Source: Propionibacterium ruminifibrarum
Lineage (GTDB): Bacteria > Actinomycetota > Actinomycetes > Propionibacteriales > Propionibacteriaceae
Direction of reading: 5' to 3'
DNA length: 32,000 nucleotides
Assembly: GCF_900289195.1 (NCBI RefSeq)
Contig: NZ_OMOH01000003.1
Coordinates: 266,697 to 298,696 of the forward strand
The notes under the pieces are model-generated. The model was not told the origin of the DNA, searched no databases, and worked only from the letters and a program-made list of their open reading frames with translations. Positions 16,405-26,772 of the stretch are shown here, piece by piece (the stretch's first letter is position 1; the number at the start of each line of letters is the position of its first letter). The translations under genes and the position numbers were made by a program.

Positions 16405-17637
16405 TCAGCCTCGCGCCGGTCGTGGCGCCTGCCCGCTCACCCGCAGCGCGTTGTGCCCCAGCGACGGGTGCCCGGCCTCGAGCAGCCCGGCCCAGGCCGT
16501 CTCGCGGGTCTCCGCGGCCTGCAGCCCGGCAGCCAGCTGCGGGTCGATGAGGGTGACGCTGACCAGGGCGATTTCCAGGGCACCCCAGACCTGTTCGGTG
16601 CCGATCCACCCGGAGGGCGCGCCGAGCAGCACGTTGACCCGGCCGTCGGGCCCGCGCAGCTGGTCGGGGCCGTCGGTCAGCTGCATGACGAAGAAGCCCC
16701 TGCGGGTGATGCGTTCGTAGACGAGCCCGCCGTTGATCGCGAAATTGGCCACCCGGCGCAGGGTGTGGAAGATCCAGTAGTCCTCGAGCTCGGGCCCCGG
16801 CGCGATCCGCGCGTCGGCCTCGGCGAACAGTTCGACGCGCAGGCCGTCGTGGGGCTTGGGGTCTGCCAGGCCCTCGGACATGACGAGGGTCGTGCCGTCC
16901 TGGGTGCCGAACAGCCTCCACAGCTCCGGGCCGGCCGGCCAGGTGTTGCGCGTCAGGAGGGGCCAGCGGTCGTCGAAACGGGCCGCGCCCAGCGGTTCGA
17001 GGCCCGAGGCCGCGTAGAAGGCGCCGCGGTCGCGTCGCACCGCGTCGACCCCGGTGAACTCCTGCTCGTAGAGGGCGCGCAGGCCGGCGTCGACGCTCAG
17101 CGGCAGGTCACCGACCGGTTTGTCGGCGGTGAGGCGGGTGCGCAGCATCCTCACCTCGATGACGAAGACCCGCGGCGGGTCGGCGGCCAGGGAACGCAGC
17201 CTGCGCAGGTGAACGATCGACTCGACCGGCATGTCCCGGAAGCCGTCGCCCAGGGGGTGCGCCGCGTCCCCGTCGACCGACGGCACGAAACCGACCGCGT
17301 AGCGGCCCCTGCCCGCCTCGCGGGCGGCCTGGAGGGCGCGGCGCAGGTGGTCCTCGGCGTCCCACTGCTGGATGTGCAGGCCCCTGCGGCTGATGCGGAT
17401 CGTGTAGTAGCCGTCGGGCAGTGACGCGGCGCCCACCGCCGAGTGGGTCTGGTAGCGCAGCGGCCCGCCGCGCAGCTCCTCCTCGTCCGTGAGCACGCTG
17501 CCGGTGCACGTGCCGGCCTCGGCGCTGATCCAGCCGACCCGTTCGGGCACGTCCTCGAGCAGCCCCAGCTGGACGATACGACGATGCATCGTCTCGAGGC
17601 TCGCCCGTGCCGCCGGGGTCAGCGCAATGTCGTGCAT
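16405..17637 (-). CDS. hypothetical two-domain protein (410 aa); C-terminal half possibly SUFU-like
   Basis: ATG 17637 sits 6 nt downstream of a CATACT -10-like hexamer (minus 17649-17644), which suggests a leaderless mRNA. The C-terminal region (TTLVMSEGLADPKPHDGLRVELFAE...YWIFHTLRRVANFAI...LVSVTLIDPQLAAG) loosely fits bacterial suppressor-of-fused-like proteins. Confidence 0.55.
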   Translation of the reverse strand: MHDIALTPAARASLETMHRRIVQLGLLEDVPERVGWISAEAGTCTGSVLTDEEELRGGPLRYQTHSAVGAASLPDGYYTIRISRRGLHIQQWDAEDHLRRALQAAREAGRGRYAVGFVPSVDGDAAHPLGDGFRDMPVESIVHLRRLRSLAADPPRVFVIEVRMLRTRLTADKPVGDLPLSVDAGLRALYEQEFTGVDAVRRDRGAFYAASGLEPLGAARFDDRWPLLTRNTWPAGPELWRLFGTQDGTTLVMSEGLADPKPHDGLRVELFAEADARIAPGPELEDYWIFHTLRRVANFAINGGLVYERITRRGFFVMQLTDGPDQLRGPDGRVNVLLGAPSGWIGTEQVWGALEIALVSVTLIDPQLAAGLQAAETRETAWAGLLEAGHPSLGHNALRVSGQAPRPARG

Positions 17638-17713
17638 GGCCCCAGTATGGTCGCTCGCGCGGGGCGGGACCGGCACGGGAACGATGGGCGGACCGGCCTC
17701 GGCCCGGCAGGCC

Positions 17714-18358
17714 TCAGGCGCGGGGGTCGAAGCGGTAGCCGACGTTGCGCACCGTGCTGATGCACTGGTCGTGCTCGGTGCCGAGCTTGGCGCGCAGCCG
17801 CCGCACGTGCACGTCGACGGTGCGGGTGCCGCCGTAGTAGTCGTAACCCCAGACGTTCTTCAGCAGTTCCTCGCGGCTGAGCACCAGGCCCGGGTGCGCG
17901 ACGAGGAACTTCAGCAGCTCGAACTCGGTGTACGTCAGGTCGAGCTGCTCGCCGCCGACGGCGGCCGTGTAGGCCGACTCGTCGATCTCGATGGCGCCGC
18001 TCGACAGCGTCTCGTGCTCGTGCGGGGCGATGAGCAGGCGCAGACGTGCCTCCCATTCGGCGGGCCGGGCGCCCTCGAGGATGAAGTCGTCGACGCCCCA
18101 CTCGGGGGAGAGGGCCGGCAGGGACTCGGGGCCGATGAGCAGCAGCACCGGTTTGTCCCCGCTCGCTGCGGTGAGCACCTGGCACGAGGTCCTGGCCGCG
18201 TCGAGTTCGGCCCGGGCGTCGACGATGACGGCGTCGGCGAACTCGAGGTTGTTGAGGGCCTCGGCGCCGTTGGCCACGGCGATGAGCTCGTACTGGAGCA
18301 GGGCGAGGTTCTCCGGCGGGATGAGACCGGCCGGGCAGACGAACAGCGCGTGGGCCAT
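17714..18358 (-). CDS. glnR: OmpR-family orphan response regulator GlnR (nitrogen regulator)
   Basis: GGGAGG RBS. WGVDDFILEGARPAEWEARLRL and LDLTYTEFELLKFLVAHPGLVLSREELLKNVWGYDYYGGTRTVDVHVRRLRAKLGTEHDQCISTVRNVGYRF match my recollection of actinomycete GlnR closely. Confidence 0.85.
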   Translation of the reverse strand: MAHALFVCPAGLIPPENLALLQYELIAVANGAEALNNLEFADAVIVDARAELDAARTSCQVLTAASGDKPVLLLIGPESLPALSPEWGVDDFILEGARPAEWEARLRLLIAPHEHETLSSGAIEIDESAYTAAVGGEQLDLTYTEFELLKFLVAHPGLVLSREELLKNVWGYDYYGGTRTVDVHVRRLRAKLGTEHDQCISTVRNVGYRFDPRA

Positions 18359-18601
18359 GCCTGCCTCCCGTCTCGGACCGTCTTGAGCGGCCGCCCCGAC
18401 GGCGGCCGATGCGCCGGGTCGTCCCGAACCGGCCGCCCGGTCACCGGGCCCGCCCGGGGACGAACGCGTCCGGGCTCAGGATAGTTGAGCCCCGGATCCG
18501 CGCCGCCGGGCCCGCCCAGAATCCGATGCCGTGCGCGACCGGTCCGACCGGCGGCCGGCCGGTGGTGCGGCAGGTCAGGCCGCCGGGGGAACCGGCGGCG
18601 G

Positions 18602-19033
18602 TCAGCCGTCGCTGTCGAGCAGGATCGTCACCGGGCCGTCATTGACGAGCGAGACCTGCATGTGGGCGCCGAACCGGCCGGTCTCGACATGGGCGCCGGC
18701 CTCGCGCAGCGCGTCCACGTAGGCCTGGACGATCGGCTCGCTGACCGGGCCGGGCGCCGCCGCGCTCCAGCTGGGGCGGCGGCCCTTGCGCGTATTGGCG
18801 TAGAGCGTGAACTGGCTCACCACGAGCACGGGCGCGTCGAGGTCGGATGCGGAGCGCTCGCCGTCCAGGATGCGCAGGGAGAGGGTCTTGGCGGCCATCG
18901 CCGCGGCGGTGGCGGCGGTGTCCTCGTGCGTGACGCCGACCAGCGCCACCAGGCCCGGCCGGGGCAGGGCCCCGACGACCTCGTCGTCGACGCTCACCGA
19001 GGCGGACAGGGCACGTTGCAGGACGACTCGCAT
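18602..19033 (-). CDS. dtd: D-aminoacyl-tRNA deacylase
   Basis: MRVVLQRA...[13 protein letters not shown]...[21 protein letters not shown]...[26 protein letters not shown] at 19033; the track start 19093 is an extension. Confidence 0.9.
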   Translation of the reverse strand: MRVVLQRALSASVSVDDEVVGALPRPGLVALVGVTHEDTAATAAAMAAKTLSLRILDGERSASDLDAPVLVVSQFTLYANTRKGRRPSWSAAAPGPVSEPIVQAYVDALREAGAHVETGRFGAHMQVSLVNDGPVTILLDSDG

Positions 19034-19118
19034 GCCCCCATGCTCCCACGATGCCGCGGTGCGCGGCCATGCCCGCCAGGGCCGGTCGGGCAACCCGGGG
19101 GGACTGGTCGCGGCGACC

Positions 19119-19124
19119 TAGACT
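19119..19124 (+). promoter_or_regulatory. -10-like hexamer TAGACT within the shared motif CCTAGACTTG, positioned for a leaderless GTG start
   Basis: TAGACT fits TANNNT. GTG 19132 lies 7 nt downstream. The same 10-mer recurs at 22981-22990, 6 nt before GTG 22995. Confidence 0.35.
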
Positions 19125-19131
19125 TGCCCAC

Positions 19132-19290
19132 GTGGCGATGCTCGATGTGATCCTCCAGCTTCTCGCGGTGGCCGTCGTGGCAGCCGCCGCCATCGCACTG
19201 CTGAGCGCCGTGGTGCGCTGGTTGCGTCGCCGCGAGGCGCGCGACCTGCGCCGACCCCGCCCGGGCAACCGCACCGACAGGAGACGCTGA
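19132..19290 (+). CDS. small single-pass membrane protein (52 aa), tentative
   Basis: The GTG start fits a leaderless promoter. VAMLDVILQLLAVAVVAAAAIALLSAVVRWLRRREARDLRR is one TM helix plus a basic tail. The stop is 3 nt before the nitrobindin ATG. Confidence 0.4.
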   Translation: MAMLDVILQLLAVAVVAAAAIALLSAVVRWLRRREARDLRRPRPGNRTDRRR

Positions 19291-19293
19291 CAC

Positions 19294-19797
19294 ATGGCCT
19301 TCCAGATCCCCGAGGACCTCAACCCGGCACTCATGCCGCTGGCCTGGCTCATCGGCCGCTGGGCCGGCAACGGCCACGGCAGCTGGCCGGACCGGGGCGA
19401 CTTCGAGTTCGGTCAACAGGTCGAGTTCGCCACGAACGGCGAGCCGTACCTGCACTACATCTCGCAGACCTACGTCGCGGACGAGAACGGCACGCCGATC
19501 GCGCCGCTGAGCATGGAGACCGGCTTCTGGCGCCCCCAGGCCGACGGCGGCGTCGAGGTCGTCCTGTCCCACCCGGACGGCTGGAGCGAGGTCTGGAACG
19601 GCCGCATCGACGGCGCCAAGATCGAACTCGTCACCGATGTCGTGGCCCGCACCAAGAACGCCGCCCTGGAGTACACCGGGGGCCAGCGCCTGTACGGCAA
19701 CGTCGAGTCCGACCTGCTGTGGACCTTCGACCGCGCCACCAAGGACGTCTCGCTGCAGCCGTACATGTGGGCCCGGCTGCAGCGCCGGACGATGTGA
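19294..19797 (+). CDS. nitrobindin / FABP-family heme-binding beta-barrel protein (UPF0678)
   Basis: LAWLIGRWAGNGHGSWPDRGDFEFGQQVEFATNGEPYLHYISQT...METGFWRP is typical of actinobacterial nitrobindins. Confidence 0.8.
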   Translation: MAFQIPEDLNPALMPLAWLIGRWAGNGHGSWPDRGDFEFGQQVEFATNGEPYLHYISQTYVADENGTPIAPLSMETGFWRPQADGGVEVVLSHPDGWSEVWNGRIDGAKIELVTDVVARTKNAALEYTGGQRLYGNVESDLLWTFDRATKDVSLQPYMWARLQRRTM

Positions 19798-19815
19798 CCC
19801 CCTGAGGAGGATGCC

Positions 19816-20781
19816 ATGAGCGCCGTCACCGTTCCCGAGGGGCCCGACGAGGGCCTGCTGTGGCACCGCGGCCGTCCCCTCGCCGAGCAGCGAGCCATCG
19901 AGGAGGGTGAGGCCGTCGTAGAGCTGGGCCGCCGCGAGGTCGTGAGTGTCGCCGGCCCGGCCCGCCACGACTGGCTGCACTCGCTCACCACGGGCGTCTT
20001 CAACGGCCTGTCGGCCGGCGCCGGCGTCGACGCGCTCGTGCTCAGCCCCGTCGGCCACATCACGCACGTCATGCACGCCGTCGAGGACGGCGAACGAGTG
20101 TGGATGTTCGGCCAGGCCGGCTCCGGCGGCTCACTGGGCGACTTCCTCGAGTCGATGGTCTTCCGCACCAAGGTCGTCGTCGAACGCCACCCGGACGCCC
20201 ACGTCTTCTGGGCGGGTCACCGCGCCGGGGACGTCCCGGCCGGGCTCGCCCCCGACCTCGCCGCTCCCTTCGGCGACGGCTTCGTCCGCATCGCCGCCAC
20301 CGGGATCGACGACGAGGACGAGCGGGCGGCCGGCACCTGGGCGTGGGAGGCGCTGCGCATCGCCGCCGGCGTCCCGAGGATCGGCGTCGACACCGACGAA
20401 CGGACCCTGCCCAACGAGCTCGGCCTGTACGCGACGGCCCTCGACAAGGGCTGCTACTGCGGCCAGGAGACGGTCGCCCGCGTCCACAACGTCGGGCACC
20501 CGCCGCGCCGCATGGTGCGCCTGCAGCTCGACGGCATGCGCTCCCAGTTGCCCGCCGTCGGCGCCGAGCTGCTGCTCGACGGCGCGCCGGTCGGTTTCAT
20601 CGGCGCCAGCGCCCAGCACTGGCAGGACGGTCCGGTCGGGCTCGGCCTGGTCAAGCGCACCGTCCCCGTCGACGCCCAGCTCGTCGCCGACGGCGTGGAC
20701 GCCTCCCAGGAGGTGCTCGTCGACCCCGACGTGGGCCTGCACGTGAAGGCCCCGGCCGGACTGCGCCGGCGACTCATCTGA
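19816..20781 (+). CDS. ygfZ: folate-binding YgfZ/CAF17 family protein (GcvT-like fold)
   Basis: GAGGAGGA RBS. Signature DKGCYCGQETVARV (KGCYxGQE), and WEALRIAAGVPRIG. Confidence 0.8.
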   Translation: MSAVTVPEGPDEGLLWHRGRPLAEQRAIEEGEAVVELGRREVVSVAGPARHDWLHSLTTGVFNGLSAGAGVDALVLSPVGHITHVMHAVEDGERVWMFGQAGSGGSLGDFLESMVFRTKVVVERHPDAHVFWAGHRAGDVPAGLAPDLAAPFGDGFVRIAATGIDDEDERAAGTWAWEALRIAAGVPRIGVDTDERTLPNELGLYATALDKGCYCGQETVARVHNVGHPPRRMVRLQLDGMRSQLPAVGAELLLDGAPVGFIGASAQHWQDGPVGLGLVKRTVPVDAQLVADGVDASQEVLVDPDVGLHVKAPAGLRRRLI

Positions 20782-20790
20782 AACGAGTCC

Positions 20791-20809
20791 GCCCCGGCCC
20801 CGGCGGGGC
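20791..20809. terminator. possible bidirectional hairpin between the convergent ygfZ and typA genes
   Basis: GCCCCG (20791-20796) pairs with CGGGGC (20804-20809) around a 7-nt loop. There is no clear U-tract. Confidence 0.3.
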
Positions 20810-20863
20810 ACCGATCGGCCGGTCGCCCCGGGCCGCCCGACCCTTCGAAGACCGCTGCGGGGC

Positions 20864-22741
20864 TCAGGCGTTCGCGTTCTGGCTGCGGTTCTTGATGCGC
20901 ACCTTGGCCCGGTCGCGGGCGTCCAGGATCACCTTGCGCACCCGGACGGCGTCGGGGGTGACCTCGAGGCACTCGTCCGCGGCGCAGAACTCGAGTGACT
21001 GCTCCAGGCTCATACGGCGCGGGGGGATGAGGCGTTCGAGTTCGTCACCGGTGGAGGACCGCACGTTCGTGAGGTGCTTCTCCTTGGTCGGGTTGACGTC
21101 CATCTCGTCGGGGCGGGAGTTCTCGCCGACGACCATGCCCTCGTAGACCTCGTCGCCGGGGGCGATGAAGAGCTCGCCGCGCTCCTGAAGGTTGAACAGC
21201 GCGTAGCTCGACACGGTGCCCTGCCGGTCGGCCACCAGGGAGCCGGTGGGCCGGTTGCGCATCTCGCCGACCCAGGGCGTGAAGCCCTCGGAGACGTGGT
21301 TCATGATGCCGGTGCCCCGGGTCGCGGTGAGGAACTCGGTGCGGAAGCCGATGAGGCCGCGCGAGGGCACGACGTACTCCATGCGCACCCAGCCCGAGCC
21401 GTGGTTGATCATCTGGTCCATGGTGCCCTTGCGGGTCCCCATCATCTCGGTGACGGTGCCCAGGAACTCCTCGGGAACGTCGATGGTGAGCCGGTCGGTG
21501 GGCTCCAGCAGGGTGCCGTTCTCGTCGCGGCGGGTGACGACCTCCGGCTTGCCGACGGTCAGCTCGAAGCCCTCGCGGCGCATCATCTCCACCAGTACGG
21601 CCAGCTGCAGCTCGCCGCGGCCCTGCACCTCCCAGGTGTCGGGGCGGTCGGTGCCCAGCACCCGGACCGAGACATTGCCGATGAGCTCGGCGTCGAGACG
21701 GCTCTTGACCAGGCGCGCGGTCAGCTGCGTGCCGGATCGGCCGGACAGCGGCGAGGTGTTGATGCCGATCGTCATCGACAGGCTGGGCTCGTCGACGTGG
21801 ATGAGTGGCAGCGGGCGGGGGTCGGCCGGATCGCAGATCGTCTCGCCGATGGTGATCTCCGGGATGCCGGCGATCGCGATGATGTCGCCGGGGCCGGCTT
21901 CCTCGACGCTCACCCGGTCGAGGGCCTCGGTCATGAGCAGCTCGGACAGCCGCACGGTCTGCACCGAGCCGTCGCGGCGGCACCACGCGACGTTCTGGCC
22001 GCGCCGGACGGTGCCCTCGACGACCCGGCACAGGGCGAGCCGGCCGAGGTAGGGCGAGGAGTCGAGGTTCGTGACGTGTGCCTGCAGCGGGGCGCCCTCG
22101 GTGTGGGCGGGGGCCGGGATCGAGGACTCGATGAGGTCGAACAGGGGCTGCAGGTCGCGCGAGTCGGGCAGCTCGCCGTCGGCCGGCTTGGTGAGGCTGG
22201 CGCGGCCCGCCTTCGCGGCGCAGTAGACGATCGGGAAGTCGAGGCCGCCGGCGTCCTCGTCGTCTAGGAGATCCATGAACAGCTCGTAGGTCTCGTCGAC
22301 GACCTCGTCGATGCGGGCGTCGGGACGGTCGACCTTGTTGACGACCAGGATGATCGGCAGCTTCTTGTCCAGCGCCTTGCGCAGGACGAAACGGGTCTGG
22401 GGGAGCGGGCCCTCGGAGGCGTCGACGAGCAGGATGACCCCGTCGACCATCTCCAAGCCGCGCTCGACCTCGCCGCCGAAGTCTGCGTGGCCCGGGGTGT
22501 CGATGATGTTGAGGGTGAGTTCACGCCCGTCGGTCATGGTGTGCTTGACCGCCGTGTTCTTGGCGAGGATCGTGATGCCCTTCTCGCGCTCCAGGTCCAT
22601 GGAGTCCATGACCCGGTTCTCCACGTCCGAGCCCTCGCGGAAGGCCCCGGACTGCCACAGCATGGCGTCGACGAGGGTCGTCTTGCCGTGGTCGACGTGG
22701 GCGACGATGGCGAGGTTTCGCAGATCCTGGCGAACGGGCAT
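20864..22741 (-). CDS. typA: translational GTPase TypA/BipA
   Basis: LRNLAIVAHVDHGKTTLVDAML...NIIDTPGHADFGGEVER...VNKVDR. 625 aa, with EF-G-like domains. Confidence 0.95.
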   Translation of the reverse strand: MPVRQDLRNLAIVAHVDHGKTTLVDAMLWQSGAFREGSDVENRVMDSMDLEREKGITILAKNTAVKHTMTDGRELTLNIIDTPGHADFGGEVERGLEMVDGVILLVDASEGPLPQTRFVLRKALDKKLPIILVVNKVDRPDARIDEVVDETYELFMDLLDDEDAGGLDFPIVYCAAKAGRASLTKPADGELPDSRDLQPLFDLIESSIPAPAHTEGAPLQAHVTNLDSSPYLGRLALCRVVEGTVRRGQNVAWCRRDGSVQTVRLSELLMTEALDRVSVEEAGPGDIIAIAGIPEITIGETICDPADPRPLPLIHVDEPSLSMTIGINTSPLSGRSGTQLTARLVKSRLDAELIGNVSVRVLGTDRPDTWEVQGRGELQLAVLVEMMRREGFELTVGKPEVVTRRDENGTLLEPTDRLTIDVPEEFLGTVTEMMGTRKGTMDQMINHGSGWVRMEYVVPSRGLIGFRTEFLTATRGTGIMNHVSEGFTPWVGEMRNRPTGSLVADRQGTVSSYALFNLQERGELFIAPGDEVYEGMVVGENSRPDEMDVNPTKEKHLTNVRSSTGDELERLIPPRRMSLEQSLEFCAADECLEVTPDAVRVRKVILDARDRAKVRIKNRSQNANA

Positions 22742-22982
22742 GGAACTCCAACCGAGGGGACGTGACGGCCTGCCGTCCGCGGGCGGCAGGTGCCTGCACG
22801 GTGCAGGCGCACGAACGGTGAGTCTACTCTGGCGCGGGCCGGGCCCCCGGTCGCCGCCGTCGGGGGCGGCCGGCGTGGTCGAGGGGGCAGTGCTGCGGGC
22901 GTGCGGGGCCGGACATCCCCCTGACCAGTGGTTCCAGGGCTGCGGCAGGGCCGCGGGCAGGCACTGGCGGCCGCCTCGCCCC

Positions 22983-22988
22983 TAGACT
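22983..22988 (+). promoter_or_regulatory. -10-like hexamer TAGACT (second copy of CCTAGACTTG)
   Basis: It lies 6 nt upstream of GTG 22995. See 19119-19124. Confidence 0.35.
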
Positions 22989-22994
22989 TGGGCC

Positions 22995-23540
22995 GTGGAC
23001 GGAGACGGGACGACGCGTGACAGCCTGAGGTGGGCGAGGGTGACCATCTTCGCCGACACGGTCTGGCGGGCGCTTCGTCGGCTTCTCCTGGGCGCCGGTG
23101 CGGTGCTGTTCGTCGCGGCCCTGGCCAGCCCGTGGTCGGTCGAGGTCAGTTGGCCCTACGAGGGACGGCTCATCGGTTGGCGCAGCATGAACCGCTTCGA
23201 CGACGTCAGCTGGCCGCGGGTGCTGTCCGTCGTCCTCGCGCTGACGGTCGCCGTTCTGTGGTGTCTCGGGGCCTCGCGCACCGAGCGGGAGAGGCCCTGG
23301 GTCGCCGCGCTCGTGAACGTCCTCGGCGTGGCCGGCCTGGGCAGCGCGGTCCTCGTCGTGGCGGCCACGAAGACCATCTGGGACGATGGCGACCAGCGCT
23401 TCATCGGGCCCGCGGTGGTCCTCATGACCCTCTCGCTCGTGTGCAGCTGGGTCTGCGCCGCCTTCCTGCGCGAGGAACCGGAACTCACCGGACGGCCGGC
23501 CGGCGGCAACGGACCCTCCCGGCCGCCCGCCGGTCCGTGA
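22995..23540 (+). CDS. hypothetical integral membrane protein (181 aa)
   Basis: The GTG start fits a leaderless promoter. There are four hydrophobic segments (LLLGAGAVLFVAALA, VLSVVLALTVAVLWCLG, VAALVNVLGVAGLGSAVLVVAA, AVVLMTLSLVCSWVCAAF). Confidence 0.5.
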   Translation: MDGDGTTRDSLRWARVTIFADTVWRALRRLLLGAGAVLFVAALASPWSVEVSWPYEGRLIGWRSMNRFDDVSWPRVLSVVLALTVAVLWCLGASRTERERPWVAALVNVLGVAGLGSAVLVVAATKTIWDDGDQRFIGPAVVLMTLSLVCSWVCAAFLREEPELTGRPAGGNGPSRPPAGP

Positions 23541-23552
23541 CCCGTGCCATCC

Positions 23553-23732
23553 TCAGCGCCCGAGCAGCCGCCCCAGCAGCCCCGGCCTGCGGGCCGCCGC
23601 GGCCTCCTCGGCCGTGTGCCTGCCATCGCACCAGCGCTCGGGCGGCACCTGGGCCTTCACCTGGGCGATGTGCTGGCCGCACCCGGCCCAGGTGGTCTTG
23701 CCGCAGGTCTTGCAGGTGACGGGTCGGCACAT
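23553..23732 (-). CDS. small Cys-rich protein (59 aa), conserved-looking N-terminal CxxxxCxxC...C...H motif
   Basis: ATG 23732 with GAGGAG 5 nt upstream. Sequence is MCRPVTCKTCGKTTWAGCGQHIAQVKAQVPPERWCDG.... The track ORF 23553..23945 extends spuriously upstream across the divergent promoter. Confidence 0.6.
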   Translation of the reverse strand: MCRPVTCKTCGKTTWAGCGQHIAQVKAQVPPERWCDGRHTAEEAAAARRPGLLGRLLGR

Positions 23733-23791
23733 GAGCACTCCTCGACGTCTCGGCATGAAGGGACGGCCGGCACCCGGCCACACCCGATTGT

Positions 23792-23807
23792 ATACCCCCG
23801 GGGGTAT
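23792..23807. promoter_or_regulatory. CsoR/CstR-type operator, perfect 16-bp palindrome ATACCCCCGGGGGTAT
   Basis: It lies in the 91-bp divergent region between the Cys-rich gene and the CoADR-rhodanese gene, 17 nt before ATG 23824. It has the same ATACCC-N4-GGGTAT architecture as 25757-25776. Confidence 0.6.
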
Positions 23808-23823
23808 GTGACACGATAGTGGC

Positions 23824-26767
<2,944 letters not shown>

Positions 26768-26772
26768 GCTCC

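Noticed and set aside
18389-18494. Hairpins GGCCGCC-N5-GGCGGCC (18389-18407) and CCGGGCTCA-N7-TGAGCCCCGG (18470-18494) in the dtd-glnR spacer as specific regulatory elements
   Set aside because: These are short GC-rich stems of a kind that arise frequently in this composition. They might be the dtd terminator or glnR 5'-UTR structure, but I cannot support a specific call.
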